NCBI RefSeq assembly: GCF_964355755.1
Contig: NC_092676.1
Span: 11,881,888 to 11,945,887 of the forward strand
Source of the DNA: Antedon mediterranea
Taxonomy: Eukaryota; Animalia; Echinodermata
Direction of reading: 5' to 3'
DNA: 64,000 nucleotides
The notes under the pieces: model-generated
The model's database searches: none
What the model saw: the letters and a program-made list of their open reading frames with translations, nothing else
What the model was told of the DNA's origin: nothing
Position numbers and translations under genes: made by a program
Shown: piece by piece, positions 23,701-38,389 of the stretch
How the letters are laid out: every line of letters begins with the position of its first letter
Position numbering within the stretch: position 1 is the first letter of the stretch

Positions 23701-24725
23701 TCTATCTCTCTCTCGCTGATCTATCTCTCTCTCGCTGATCTATCTCTCTCTCGCTGATATATCTCTCTCTCGCTGATCTATCTCTCTCTCTCGCTGATCT
23801 ATCTCTCTCTCTCTCTCGCTGATCTATCTCTCTCTCGCTGATGTATCTCTCTCTCGCTGATGTATCTCTCTCTCGCTGAACTATCCCCCTCTCGTTGATC
23901 TATCTCTCTCTCTCGATGATCTATCTCTCTCTCTCTCGCTGATTTATCTCTCTCTCGCTGATCTATCTCTCTCTGTCGCTGATCTATCTCTCTCTCTCTA
24001 CCGCTGATGTATCTCTCTCTCGCTGATCTATCTCTCTCTCTCGCTGATGTATCTCTCTCTCGCTGATCTATCTCTCTCTCGCTGATTTATCTCTCTCTCG
24101 CTGATCTATCTCTCTCTCGCTGATCTATCTCTCTCTCTCGCTGATTTATCTCTCTCTCTCGCTGATCTATCTCTCTCTCGCTGATCTATCTCTCTCTCGC
24201 TGATCTATCTCCCTCTCGCTGATCTATCTCTCTCTCGCTGATGTATCTCTCTCTCGCTGATGTATCTCTCTCTCTCGCTGATCTATCTCCCTCTCGCTGA
24301 TCTATCTCCCTCTCGCTGATCTATCTCCCTCTCGCTGATCTATCTCTCTCTCGCTGATGTATCTCTCTCTCGCTGATGTATCTCTCTCTCGCTGAACTAT
24401 CCCCCTCTCGCCGATCTATCTCTCTCTCTCTCTCTCTCTCTCGATGATCTATCTCTATCTCGCTGATCTATCTCTCTCTCGCTGATCTATCTCTCTCTCG
24501 CTGATCTATCTCTCTCTCGCTGATCTATCTCTCTCTCTCGCTGATCTATCTCTCTCTCGCTGATCTATCTCTCTCTCGCTGATCTATCTTTCTCTCGCTG
24601 ATCTATCTCTCTCTCGCTTATCTATCTCTCTCTCTCTCTCGCTGATCTATCTCTCTCTCGCTGATGTATCTCTCTCTCTCTCGCTGATGTATCTCTCTCT
24701 CGCTGAACAATCCCCCTCTCGCCGA

Positions 24726-24763
<38 letters not shown>

Positions 24764-27700
24764 ATCTATCTCTATCTCGCTGATCTATCTCTCTCTCGCT
24801 GATCTATCTCTCTCTCGCTGATCTATCTCTCTCTCGCCGATCTATCTCTCTCTCTCTCGCTGATCTATCTCTGTCTCGCTGATCTATCTCTCTGTCTCGC
24901 TGATGTATCTCTCTCTCTCGCTGATCTATCTCTCTCTCTTGCTGATCTATCTCTCCCTCGCTGATCTATCTCTCTCTCGCTGATCTATCTCTCTCTCGCT
25001 GATCTATCTCTCTCTCGCTGATCTATCTCTCTCTTGCTGATCTATCTCTCTCTCGCTGATCTATCTCTCTCTCGCTGATCTATCTCTCTCTCGCTGATCT
25101 ATCTCTCTCTCGCTGATCTATCTGTCTCTCGCTGATCTATCTCTCTCTCGCTGATGTATCTCTCTCTCTCGCTGATCTATCTCTCTCTCGCTGATGTATC
25201 TCTATCTCTCGCTGATGTATCTCTATCTCGCTGATCTATCTCCCTCTCGCTGATCTATCTCTCTCTCGCTGATCTATCTCTCTCTCGCTGATCTATCTCT
25301 CTCTCGCTGATGTATGTATCTCTCTGTCGCTGACCTATCTCTCTCTCGCTGATCTATCTCTCTGTCTCGGTGATGTATCTCTCTCTCTCGCTGATCTGTC
25401 TCTCTCTCCCCGATCTATCTCTCTCTCTCGCTGATCTATCTCTCTCTCTCTAGCTGATCTATCTCTCTCTCGCTGATGTATCTCTCTCTCTCGCTGATGT
25501 ATCTCTCTCTCGCTGATGTATCTCTCTCTCTCTCGCTGATCTATCTCTCTCTCGCTGATCTATCTCTCTCTCGCTGATCTATCTCTCTCTCGCTGATCTA
25601 TCTCTCTCTCGCTGATCTATCTCTCTCTCGCTGATCTATCTCTCTCTCTCTCGCTGATCTATCTCTCTCTCTCTCGCTGATATATCTCTCTCTCTCGCTG
25701 ATGTATCTCTCTCTCTCGCTGATGTATCTCTCTCTCGCTGATGTACCTCTCTCTCGCTGATCTATCTCTCTCTCGCTGATCGAACTCTCTCTCGCTGATC
25801 TATCTCTCTCTCGCTGATCCATCTCTCTCTCGCTGATCTATCTCTCTCTCTCGCTGATCTATCTCTGTCTCGCTGATCTATCTCTCTGTCTCGTTGATGT
25901 GTCTCTCTCTCTCGCTGATCTATCTCTCTGTCTCGCTGATGTATCTATCTCTCTCTCGCTGATCTATCTCTTTCTCGCTGATCTATCTCTCTCTCTCTCT
26001 CTCGCTGATATATCTCTGTCTCTCGCTGATCTATCTCTGTCTCTCAGTGATCTATCTCTCTCTCTCTCTCTCTCGCTGATCTATCTCTCTCTCGCTGATC
26101 TATCTCTCTCTCTGTCTCGCTGATCTATCTCTCTCTGTCTAGCTGATCTATCTCTCTCTCGGTGATCTATCTCTCTCTCTCGCTGATCTATCTCTCTCTC
26201 TCGCTGATCTATCTCTCTCTCGCTGATGTATGTATCTCTCTCTCGCTGATCTATCTCTCTGTCTCGCTGATGTATCTCTCTCTCTCGCTGATCTATCTCT
26301 CTCTCTTGCTGATCTATCTCTCTCTCGCTGATCTATCTCTCTCTCGCTGATCTATCTCTCTCTCGCTGATCTATCTCTCTCTCGCTGATCTATCTCTCTC
26401 TTGCTGATCTATCTCTCTCTCGCTGATCTATCTCTCTCTCGCTGATTTATCTCTCTCTCGCTGATCTATCTCTCTCTCTCTCTCGCTGATCTGTCTCTGT
26501 CTCGCTGATCTATCTCTCTGTCCCGCTGAGGTATCTCTCTCTCTCGCTGATCTATCTCTCTGTCTCGCTGATGTATCTCTCTCTCGCTGATCTATCTCTC
26601 TCTCTCGCTGATGTACCTATCTCTCTCTCGCTGATCTATCTCTCTCTCTCGCTGATCTATCTCTCTCTCTCGCTGATCTGTCTCTCTCTCGCTGATCTAT
26701 CTCTCTCTCTCGCTGATCTATCTCTCTCTCGCTGATCTATCTCTCTCTCTCGCTGATCTATCCCCCTCTCGCTGATCTACCTCTCTCTCTCGCTGATCTA
26801 TCTCTCTCTCTCTCGCTGATCTATCTCTCTCTCTCTCGCTGATCTATCTCTCTCTCGCTGATCTATCTCTCTCTCGCATATCTATCTCTCTCTCGCTGAT
26901 CTATCTCTCTCTCTCGCTGATCTATCTCTCTATCGCTGATCTATCTCTCTCTCGCTGATCTATCTCTCTCTCGCTGGTGTATCTCTCTCTCCTCGATGTA
27001 TCTCTCTCTCGCTGATCTATCTCTCTCTCTCGCTGATCTATCTCTCTCTCGCTGATCTATCTCTCTCTCGCTGATCTATCTCTCTCTCGCTGATCTATCT
27101 CTCTCTCGCTGATCTATCTCTCTCTCGATGATCTATCTCTCTCTCGCTGATCTATCTCTCTCTCGCTGATCTATCTCTCTCTCTCGCTGATCTATCTCTC
27201 TCTCGCTGATCTATCTCTCTCTCTCTCGCTGATCTATCTCTCTCTCGCTGATGTATCTCTCTCTCGCTGATGTATCTCTCTCTCGCTGAACTATCCTCCT
27301 CTTGCTGATCTATCTCTCTCTCTCTCGGTGATCTATCTCTCTCTCTCGCTGATCTATCTCTCTCTCGCTGATCTATCTCTCTCTCGCTGATCTATCTCTC
27401 TCTCGCTGATCTATCTCTCTCTCGCTGATCTATCTCTCTCTCGCTGATCTATCTTTCTCTCGCTGATCTATCTCTCTCTCGCTGATCTATCTCTCTCTCT
27501 CTCGCTGATCTATCTCTCTCTCGCTGATCTATCTCTCTCTCTCGCTGATGTATCTCTCTCTCTCGCTGATGTATCTCTCTCTCGTTTATGTATCTCTCTC
27601 TCGCTGATGAATCTCTCTCTCGCTGATCTATCTCTCTCTCGCTGATCTATCTCTGTCTCGCTGATCTATCTCTCTCTCTCGTTGATGTATCTATCTCTGT

Positions 27701-30700
27701 CTCGCTGATCTATCTCTTTCTCGCTGATCTATCTCTCTCTCTCTCGCTGATGTATCTCTGTCTCTCGCTGATCTATCTCTCTCTCGCTGATCTATCTCTC
27801 TTTCGCCGATCTATCTCTCTCTCTCTCTCGCTGATCTATCTCGGTCTCGCTGATCTATCTCTCTGTCTCGCTGATGTATCTCTCTCTCTCGCTGATCTAT
27901 CTCTCTCTCTTGCTGATCTATCTCTCCCTCGCTGATCTATCTCTCTCTCGCTGATCTATCTCTCTCTCGCTGATCTATCTCTCTCTCGCTGATCTATCTC
28001 TCTCTTGCTGATCTATCTCTCTCTCGCTGATCTATCTCTCTCTCGCTGATCTATCTCTCTCTCGCTGATCTATCTCTCTCTCGCTGATCTATCTGTCTCT
28101 CGCTGATCTATCTCTCTCTCGCTGATGTATCTCTCTCTCTCGCTGATCTATCTCTCTCTCGCTGATGTATCTCTATCTCTCGCTGATGTATCTCTATCTT
28201 GCTGATCTATCTCCCTCTCGCTGATCTATCTCTCTCTCGCTGATGTATGTATCTCTCTGTCGCTGACCTATCTCTCTCTCGCTGATCTATCTCTCTGTCT
28301 CGGTGATGTATCTCTCTCTCTCTCGCTGATCTATCTCTCTCTCCCCGATCTATCTCTCTCTCTCGCTGATCTATCTCTCTCTCTCTAGCTGATCTATCTC
28401 TCTCTCGCTGATGTAACTCTCTCTCTCGCTGATGTATCTCTCTCTCGCTGATGTATCTCTCTCTCTCTCGCTGATCTATCTCTCTCTCGCTGATCTATCT
28501 CTCTCTCTCGCTGATCTATCTCTCTCTCGCTGATCTATCTCTCTCTCGCTGATCTATCTCTCTCTCTCTCGCTGATCTATCTCTCTCTCTCTCTCGCTGA
28601 TATATCTCTCTCTCTCGCTGATGTATCTCTCTCTCTCGCTGATGTATCTCTCTCTCGCTGATGTACCTCTCTCTCGCTGATCTATCTCTCTCTCGCTGAT
28701 CGAACTCTCTCTCGCTGATCTATCTCTCTCTCGCTGATCCATCTCTCTCTCGCTGATCTATCTCTCTCTCTCGCTGATCTATCTCTGTCTCGCTGATCTA
28801 TCTCTCTGTCTCGTTGATGTATCTCTCTCTCTCTCGCTGATCTATCTCTCTGTCTCGCTGATGTATCTATCTCTCTCTCGCTGATCTATCTCTTTCTCGC
28901 TGATCTATCTCTCTCTCTCTCTCTCACTGATATATCTCTGTCTCTCGCTGATCTATCTCTGTCTCTCAGTGATCTATCTCTCTCTCTTTCTCGCTGATCT
29001 ATCTCTCTCTCGCTGATCTATCTCTCTCTCTGTCTCGCTGATCTATCTCTCTCTGTCTAGCTGATCTATCTCTCTTTCGGTGATCTATCTCTCTCTCTCG
29101 CTGATCTATCTCTCTCTCTCTCGCTGATCTATCTCTCTCTCGCTGATCTATCTCTCTCTCGCTGATGTATCTCTCTCTCTCGCTGATCTATCTCCCTCTC
29201 GTTGATCTATCTCCCTCTCGCTGATCTATTTCTCGCTCGCTGATCTATCTCTCGCTCGCTGATCTATCTCTCTCTCGCTGATCTATCTCTCTCTCGCTGA
29301 TCTATCTCTCTCTCGCTGATCTATCTCTCTCTCGCTTATCTATCTCTCTCTCGCTGATCTATCTCTCTCTCGCTGATCTATCTCTCTCTCTCTCGCTGAT
29401 CTATCTCTCTCTCTCTCGCTGATCTATCTCTCTCTCGCTGATGTATCTCTCTCTCGCTGATGTATCTCTCTCTCGCTGATGTATCTCTCTCTCGCTGATG
29501 TATCTCTCTCTCGCTGATGTATCTCTCTCTCGCTGAACTATCCCCTTCTCGCATATCTATCTCTCTCTCTCGATGATCTATCTCTCTCTCTCGCTGATCT
29601 ATCTCTCTCTCTCGCTGATCTATCTCTCTCTCTCTCGCTGATCTATCTCTCTCTCTCTCGCTGATCTATCTCTCTCTCGCTGATCTATCTCTCTCTCGCT
29701 GATCTATCTCTCTCTCGCTGATCTATCTCTCTCTCTCGCTGATCTATCTCTCTCTCTCTCGCTGATATATCTCTCTCTTGCTGATGTATCTCTCTCTCTC
29801 GCTGATGTATCTCTCTCTCGCTGATGTATCTCTCTCTCGCTGATCTATCTCTCTCTCGCTGATCTAACTCTTTCTCGCTGATCCATCTCTCTCTCGCTGA
29901 TCTATCTCTCTCTCTCGCTGATCTATCTCTGTCTCGCTGATCTATCTCTCTGTCTCGTTTATGTATCTCTCTCTCTCGCTGATCTATCTCTCTGTCTCGC
30001 TGATGTATCTATCTCTCTCTCGCTGATCTATCTCTTTCTCGCTGATCTATCTCTCTCTCTCTCTCGCTGATATATCTCTGTCTCTCGCTGATCTATCTCT
30101 GTCTCTCAGTGATATATCTCTCTCTCTCTCTCGCTGATCTATCTCTCTCTCGCTGATCTATCTCTCTCTCTGTCTCGCTGATCTATCTCTCTCTGTCTAG
30201 CTGATCTATCTCTCTCTCGGTGATCTATCTCTCTCTCTCGCTGATCTATCTCTCTCTGTCGCTGATCTATCTCTCTCTCTCTCGCTGATGTATCTCTCTC
30301 TCGCTGATCTATCTCTCTCTCGCTGATCTATCTCTCTCCCGCTGATCTATCCCCCTCTCGCTGATCTATCTCTCTCTCTCTCGCTGATCTATCTCTCTCT
30401 CTCGCTGATCTATTTCTCTCTCTCGCTGATCTATCTCTCTCTCGCTGATCTATCTCTCTCTCGCTGTTCTATCTCCCTCTCGCTGATCTATCTCTCTCTC
30501 GCTGATGTATCTCTCTTTCGCTGATGTATCTCTCTCTCTCGCTGATCTACCTCCCTCTCGTTGATCTATCTCCCTCTCGCTGATCTATCTCCCTCTCGCT
30601 GATCTATTTCTCGCTCGCTGATCTATCTCTCGCTCGCTGATCTATCTCTCTCTCGCTGATCTATCTCTCTCTCGCTGATCTATCTCTCTCTCACTGATCT

Positions 30701-33700
30701 ATCTCTCTCTCGCTGATCTATCTCTCTCTCGCTGATCTATCTCTCTCTCGCTGATCTATCTCTCTCTCTCTCGCTGATCTATCTCTTTCTCGCTGATGTA
30801 TCTCTCTCTCGCTGATGTATCTCTCTCACGCTGATGTATCTCTCTCTCGCTGATGTATCTCTCTCTCGCTGAACTATCCCCCTCTCGCTGATCTATCTCT
30901 CTCTCTCGATGATCTATCTCTCTCTCTCGCTGATCTATCTCTCTCTCGCTGATCTATCTCTCTCTGTCGCTGATCTATCTCTCTCTCTCCCGCTGATGTA
31001 TCTCTCTCTCGCTGATCTATCACTCTCTCGCTGATCTATCTCTCTCTCTCGCTGATGTATCTCTCTCTCGCTGATCTATCTCTCTCTCGCTGATCTATCT
31101 CTCTCTCGCTTATCTATCTCTCTCTCGCTGATCTATCTCTCTCTCGCTGATCTATCTCTCTCTCTCGCTGATCTATCTCTCTCTCTCGCTGATCTATCTC
31201 TCTCTCGCTGATCTATCTCTCTCTCGCTGATCTATCTCCCTCTCGCTGATCTATCTCTCTCTCGCTGATGTATCTCTCTCCTCGCTGATGTATCTCTCTC
31301 TCGCTGATCTATCTCCCTCTCGCTGATCTATCTCTCTCTCGCTGATGTATCTCTCTCTCGCTGATGTATCTCTCTCTCGCTGAACTATCCCCCTCTCGCC
31401 GATCTATCTCTCTCTCTCTCTCTCTCTCGATGATCTATCTCTATCTCGCTGATCTATCTCTCTCTCGCTGATCTATCTCTCTCTCGCTGATCTATCTCTC
31501 TCTCGCTGATCTATCTCTCTCTCTCGCTGATCTATCTCTCTCTCGCTGATCTATCTCTCTCTCGCTGATCTATCTTTCTCTCGCTGATCTATCTCTCTCT
31601 CGCTTATCTATCTCTCTCTCTCTCGCTGATCTATCTCTCTCTCGCTGATGTATCTCTCTCTCTCGCTGATGTATCTCTCTCTCGCTGATGTATCTCTCTC
31701 TCGCTGATGTATCTCTCTCTCGCTGATGAATCTCTCTCTTGCTGATCTATCTCTCTCTCGCTGATCTATCTCTGTCTCGCTGATCTATCTCTCTGTCTCG
31801 CTGATGTATCTCTCTTTCTCGCTGATCTATCTCTCTGTCTCGCTGATGTATCTCTCTCTCTCGCTGATCTATCTCTCTCTCTCGCTGATGTATCTATCTC
31901 TGTCTCGCTGATCTATCTCTTTCTCGCTGATCTATCTCTCTCTCTCGCGCTGATGTATCTCTGTCTCTCGCTGATCTATCTCTGTCTCTCGCTGATCTAT
32001 CTCACTCTCGCCGATCTATCTCTCTCTCTCGCTGATCTATCTCTGTCTCGCTGATCTATCTCTCTGTCTCGCTGATGTATCCTCTCTCTCTCTCGCTTAT
32101 CTATCTCTCTCTCGCTGACGTATCTCTATCTCTCGCTGATGTATCTCTATCTCGATGATCTATCTCCCTCTCGCTGATCTAACTCTCTCTCACTGATCTA
32201 TCTCTCTCTCTCGCTGATCTATTTCTCTCTCTCTCTCGCTGATCTATCGCTCTCTCGCTGATGTATCTCTCTCTCGCTGACCTATCTCTCTCTCGCTGAT
32301 CTATCTCTCTCTCCCCGATCTATCTCTCTCTCTCGCTGATCTATCTCTCTCTCTCTAGCTGATCTATCTCTCTCTCTCGCATATGTATCTCTCTCTCTCT
32401 CGCTGATGTATGTCTCTCTCGCTGATGTATCTCTCTCTCTCTCTCTCTCGCTGATCTATCTCTCTCTCGCTGATCTATCTCTCTCTCGCTGATCTATCTC
32501 TCTCTCTCGCTGATCTATCTCTCTCTCGCTGATCTATCTCTCTCTGTCGCTGATCTATCTCTCTCTCTCCCGCTGATGTATCTCTCTCTCGCTGATCTAT
32601 CTCTCTCTCGCTGATCTATCTCTCTCTCTCGCTGATGTATCTCTCTCTCGCTGATCTATCTCTCTCTCGCTGATCTATCTCTCTCTCGCTGATCTATCTC
32701 TCTCTCGCTGATCTATCTCTCTCTCGCTGATCTATCTCTCTCTCTCGCTGATCTATCTCTCTCTCTCTCGCTGATCTATCTCTCTCTCGCTGATCTATCT
32801 CTCTCTCGCTGATCTATCTCTCTCTCGCTGATCTATCTCCCTCTCGCTGATCTATGTCTCTCTCGCTGATGTATCTCTCTCTCGCTGATGTATCTCTCTC
32901 TCTCGCTGATCTATCTCCCTCTCGCTGATCTTTCTCCCTCTCGCTGATCTATCTCCCTCTCGCTGATCTATCTCTCTCTCACTGATGTATCTCTCTCTCG
33001 CTGATGTATATCTCTCTCGCTGAACTATCCCCCTCTCGCCGATCTATCTCTCTCTCTCTCTCTCTCGATGATCTATCTCTATCTCGCTGATCTATCTCTC
33101 TCTCGCTGATCTATCTCTCTCTCGCTGATCTATCTCTCTCTCGCTGATCTATCTCTCTCTCTCGCTGATCTATCTCTCTCTCGCTGATCTATCTCTCTCT
33201 CGCTGATCTATCTTTCTCTCGCTGATCTATCTCTCTCTCGCTTATCTATCTCTCTCTCTCTCGCTGATCTATCTCTCTCTCGCTGATGTATCTCTCTCTC
33301 TCGCTGATGTATCTCTCTCTCGCTGATGTATCTCTCTCTCGCTGATGAATCTCTCTCTCGCTGATCTATCTCTCTCTCGCTGATCTATCTCTGTCTCGCT
33401 GATCTATCTCTCTGTCTCGTTGATGTATCTCTTTTTCTCGCTGATCTATCTCTCTGTCTCGCTGATGTATCTCTCTCTCTCGCTGATCTATCTCTCTCTC
33501 TCGCTGATGTATCTATCTCTGTCTCGCTGATCTATCTCTTTCTTGCTGATCTATCTCTTTCTCTCTCGCGCGCGCTGATGTATCTCTGTCTCTCGCTGAT
33601 CTATCTCTGTCTCTCGCTGATCTATCTCACTCTCGCCGATCTATCTCTCTCTCTCGCTGATCTATCTCTGTCTCGCTGAACTATCTCTCTGTCTCGCTGA

Positions 33701-36700
33701 TGTATCTCTCTCTCTCTCTCGCTTATCTATCTCTCTCTCGCTGACGTATCTCTATCTCTCGCTGATGTATCTCTATCTCGATGATCTATCTCCCTCTCGC
33801 TGATCTATCTCTCTGTCTCGCTGATGTATCTCTCTCTCTCGCTGATCTATCTCTCTCTCTCTCTCTCGCTGATGTATCTATCTCTGTCTCGCTGATCTAT
33901 CTCTTTCTTGCTGATCTATCTCTCTCTCTCTCACGCGCGCTGATGTATCTCTGTCTCGCTGATGTATCTCTTTTTCTCGCTGATCTATCTCTCTGTCTCG
34001 CTGATGTATCTCTCTCTCTCGCTGATCTATCTCTCTCTCTCGCTGATGTATCTATCTCTTTCTCGCTGATCTATCTCTTTCTTGCTGATCTATCTCTCTC
34101 TCTCTCGCGCGCGCTGATGTATCTCTGTCTCTCGCTGATCTATCTCTGTCTCTCGCTGATCTATCTCACTCTCGCCGATCTATCTCTCTCTCTCGCTGAT
34201 CTATCTCTGTCTCGCTGAACTATCTCTCTGTCTCGCTGATGTATCTCTCTCTCTCTTGCTTATCTATCTCTCTCTCTCGCTGACGTATCTCTATCTCTCG
34301 CTGATGTATCTCTATCTCGATGATCTATCTCCCTCTCGCTGATCTATCTCTCTCTCACTGATCTATCTCTCTCTCGCTGATCTATCTCTCTCTCTCGCTG
34401 ATCTATCGCTCTCTCGCTGATGTATTTCTCTCTCGCTGACCTATCTCTCTCTCGCTGATCTATCTCTCTGTCTCGCTGATGTATCTCTCTCTCTCTCGCT
34501 GATCTATCTCTCTCTCCTCGATCTATCTCTCTCTCTCGCTGATCTATCTCTCTCTCTCTAGCTGATCTATCTCTCTCTCTCGCTAATGTATCTCTCTATC
34601 TCTCGCTGATGTATGTCTCTCTCGCTGATGTATCTCTCTCTCTCTCTCTCGCTGATCTATCTCTCTCTCGCTGATCTATCTCTCTCTCGCTGATCTATCT
34701 CTCTCTCGCTGATCTATCTCTCTCTCTCGCTGATCTATCTCTCTCTCTCTCTCGCTGATATATCTCTCTCTCTCGCTGATGTATCTCTCTCTCGCTGATC
34801 TATCTCTCTCTCTCGCTGATCTATCTCTCTCTCGCTGATCTATATCTCTCTCGCTGATCTATCTCTCTCTCGCTGATCTATCTCTCTCTCGCTGATCTTT
34901 CTCTGTCTCGCTGATCTATCTCTCTGTCTCGCTGATCTATCTCTCTGTCTCGCTGATGTATCTATCTCTGTCTCGCTGATCTATCTCTTTCTCGTTGATC
35001 TATCTCTCTCTCTCTCGCTGATATATCTCTGTCTCTCGCTGATCTATCTCTGTCTCTCGCTGATCTATCTCTCTCTCTCTCTCGCTGATCTATCTCTCTC
35101 TCGCTGATCTATATCTCTCTCTGTCTCGCTGATCTATCTCTCTCTGTCTAGCTGATCTATCTCTCTCTCGGTGATCTATCTCTCTCTCGCTGATCTATCT
35201 CTCTCTGTCGCCGATCTATCTCTCTCTCTCTCTCTCGCCGATGTATCTCTCTCTCGCTGATATATATCTCTCTCTCGCTGATGTATCTCTCTCTCTCGCT
35301 GATGTATCTCTCTCTCGCTGATGTATCTCTCTCTCGCTGATCTATCTCTCTCTCGCTGATCTAACTCTCTCTCGCTGATCTATCTCTCTCTCGTTGATCC
35401 ATCTCTCTCTCGCTGATCTATCTCTCTCTCTCGCTGATCTATCTCTGTCTCGCTGATCTATCTCTCTGTCTCGTTGATGTATCTCTCTCTCTCGCTGATC
35501 TATCTCTCTGTCTCGCTGATGTATCTATCTCTCTCTCGCTGATCTATCTCTTTCTCGCTGATCTATCTCTCTCTCTCTCTCGCTGATATATCTCTGTCTC
35601 TCGCTGATCTATCTCTGTCTCTCAGTGATCTATCTCTCTCTCTCTCTCGCTGATCTATCTCTCTCTCGCTGATCTATCTCTCTCTCTGTCTCGCTGATCT
35701 ATCTCTCTCTGTCTAGCTGATCTATCTCTCTCTCGGTGATCTATCTCTCTCTCTCGCTGATCTATCTCTCTCTGTCGCTGATCTATCTCTCTCTCTCTCG
35801 CTGATGTATCTCTCTCTCGCTGATCTATCTCTCTCTCGCTGATCTATCTCTCTCCTGCTGATCTATCCCCCTCTCGCTGATCTATCTCTCTCTCTCGCTG
35901 ATCTATCTCTCTCTCTCGCTGATCTATCTCTCTATCTCGCTGATCTATCTCTCTCTCGCTGATCTATCTCTCTCTCGCTGATCTATCTCCCTCTCGCTGA
36001 TTTATCTCTCTCTCGCTGATCTATCTCTCTCTCGCTGATGTATCTCTCTCTCTCGCTGATCTATCTCCCTCTCGCTGATCTATCTCCCTCTCGCTGATCT
36101 ATCTCCCTCTCGCTGATCTATTTCTCGCTCGCTGATCTATCTCTCGCTCGCTGATCTATCTCTCTCTCGCTGATCTATCTCTCTCTCGCTGATCTATCTC
36201 TCTCTCGCTGATCTATCTCTCTCTCGCTGATATATCTCTCTCTCGCTGATCTATCTCTCTCTCTCGCTGATCTATCTCTCTCTCTCTCGCTGATCTATCT
36301 CTCTCTCGCTGATGTATCTCTCTCTCGCTGATGTATCTCTCTCTCGCTGAACTATCCCCCTCTCGTTGATCTATCTCTCTCTCTCGATGATCTATCTCTC
36401 TCTCTCTCGCTGATTTATCTCTCTCTCGCTGATCTATCTCTCTCTGTCGCTGATCTATCTCTCTCTCTCTACCGCTGATGTATCTCTCTCTCGCTGATCT
36501 ATCTCTCTCTCTCGCTGATGTATCTCTCTCTCGCTGATCTATCTCTCTCTCGCTGATTTATCTCTCTCTCGCTGATCTATCTCTCTCTCGCTGATCTATC
36601 TCTCTCTCTCGCTGATTTATCTCTCTCTCTCGCTGATCTATCTCTCTCTCGCTGATCTATCTCTCTCTCGCTGATCTATCTCCCTCTCGCTGATCTATCT

Positions 36701-38358
36701 CTCTCTCGCTGATGTATCTCTCTCTCGCTGATGTATCTCTCTCTCTCGCTGATCTATCTCCCTCTCGCTGATCTATCTCCCTCTCGCTGATCTATCTCCC
36801 TCTCGCTGATCTATCTCTCTCTCGCTGATGTATCTCTCTCTCGCTGATGTATCTCTCTCTCGCTGAACTATCCCCCTCTCGCCGATCTATCTCTCTCTCT
36901 CTCTCTCTCTCGATGATCTATCTCTATCTCGCTGATCTATCTCTCTCTCGCTGATCTATCTCTCTCTCGCTGATCTATCTCTCTCTCGCTGATCTATCTT
37001 TCTCTCTCGCTGATCTATCTCTCTCTCGCTGATCTATCTCTCTTTCGCTGATCTATCTTTCTCTCGCTGATCTATCTCTCTCTCGCTTATCTATCTCTCT
37101 CTCTCTCTCTCGCTGATCTATCTCTCTCTCGCTGATGTATCTCTCTCTCTCTCGCTGATGTATCTCTCTCTCGCTGAACAATCCCCCTCTCGCCGATCTA
37201 TCTCTCTCTCTCTCTCTCTCTCTCGATGATCTATCTCTATCTCGCTGATCTATCTCTCTCTCGCTGATCTATCTCTCTCTCGCTGATCTATCTCTCTCTC
37301 GCTGATCTATCTCTCTCCCCCTCTCTCTCTCTCTCTCTCTCGATGATCTATCTCTATCTCGCTGATCTATCTCTCTCTCGCTGATCTATCTCTCTCTCGC
37401 TGATCTATCTCTCTCTCGCTGATCTATCTCTCTCTCTCGCTGATCTATCTCTCTCTCGCTGATCTATCTCTCTCTCGCTGATCTATCTTTCTCTCGCTGA
37501 TCTATCTCTCTCTCGCTTATCTATCTCTCTCTCTCTCGCTGATCTATCTCTCTCTCGCTGATGTATCTCTCTCTCTCGCTGATGTATCTCTCTCTCGCTG
37601 ATGTATCTCTCTCTCGCTGATGAATCTCTCTCTCGCTGATCTATCTCTCTCTCGCTGATCTATCTCTGTCTCGCTGATCTATCTCTCTGTCTCGTTGATG
37701 TATCTCTTTTTCTCGCTGATCTATCTCTCTGTCTTGCTGATGTATCTCTCTCTCTCGCTGATCTATCTCTCTCTCTCGCTGATGTATCTATCTCTCTCTC
37801 GCGGATCTATCTCTTTCTCGCTGATCTATCTCTCTCTCTCGCGCTGATGTATCTCTGTCTCTCGCTGATCTATCTCTGTCTCTCGCTGATCTATCTCACT
37901 CTCGCCGATCTATCTCTCTCTCTCGCTGATCTATCTCTGTCTCGCTGAATTATCTCTCTGTCTCGCTGATGTATCTCTCTCTCTCTCGCTTATCTATCTC
38001 TCTCTCGCTGACGTATCTCTATCTCTCGCTGATGTATCTCTATCTCGATGATCTATCTCCCTCTCGCTGATCTATCTCTCTCTCACTGATCTATCTCTCT
38101 CTCGCTGATCTATCTCTCTCTCTCTCGCTGATCTATCGCTCTCTCGCTGATGTATCTCTCTCTCGCTGACCTATCTCTCTCTCGCTGATCTATCTCTCTG
38201 TCTCGCTGATGTATCTCTCTCTCTCTCGCTGATCTATCTCTCTCCCCGATCTATCTCTCTCTCTCGCTGATCTATCTCTCTCTCTCTAGCTGATCTATCT
38301 CTCTCTCGCTGATGTATCTCTCTCTCTCTCGCTGATGTATGTCTCTCTCGCTGATGTA

Positions 38359-38389
<31 letters not shown>

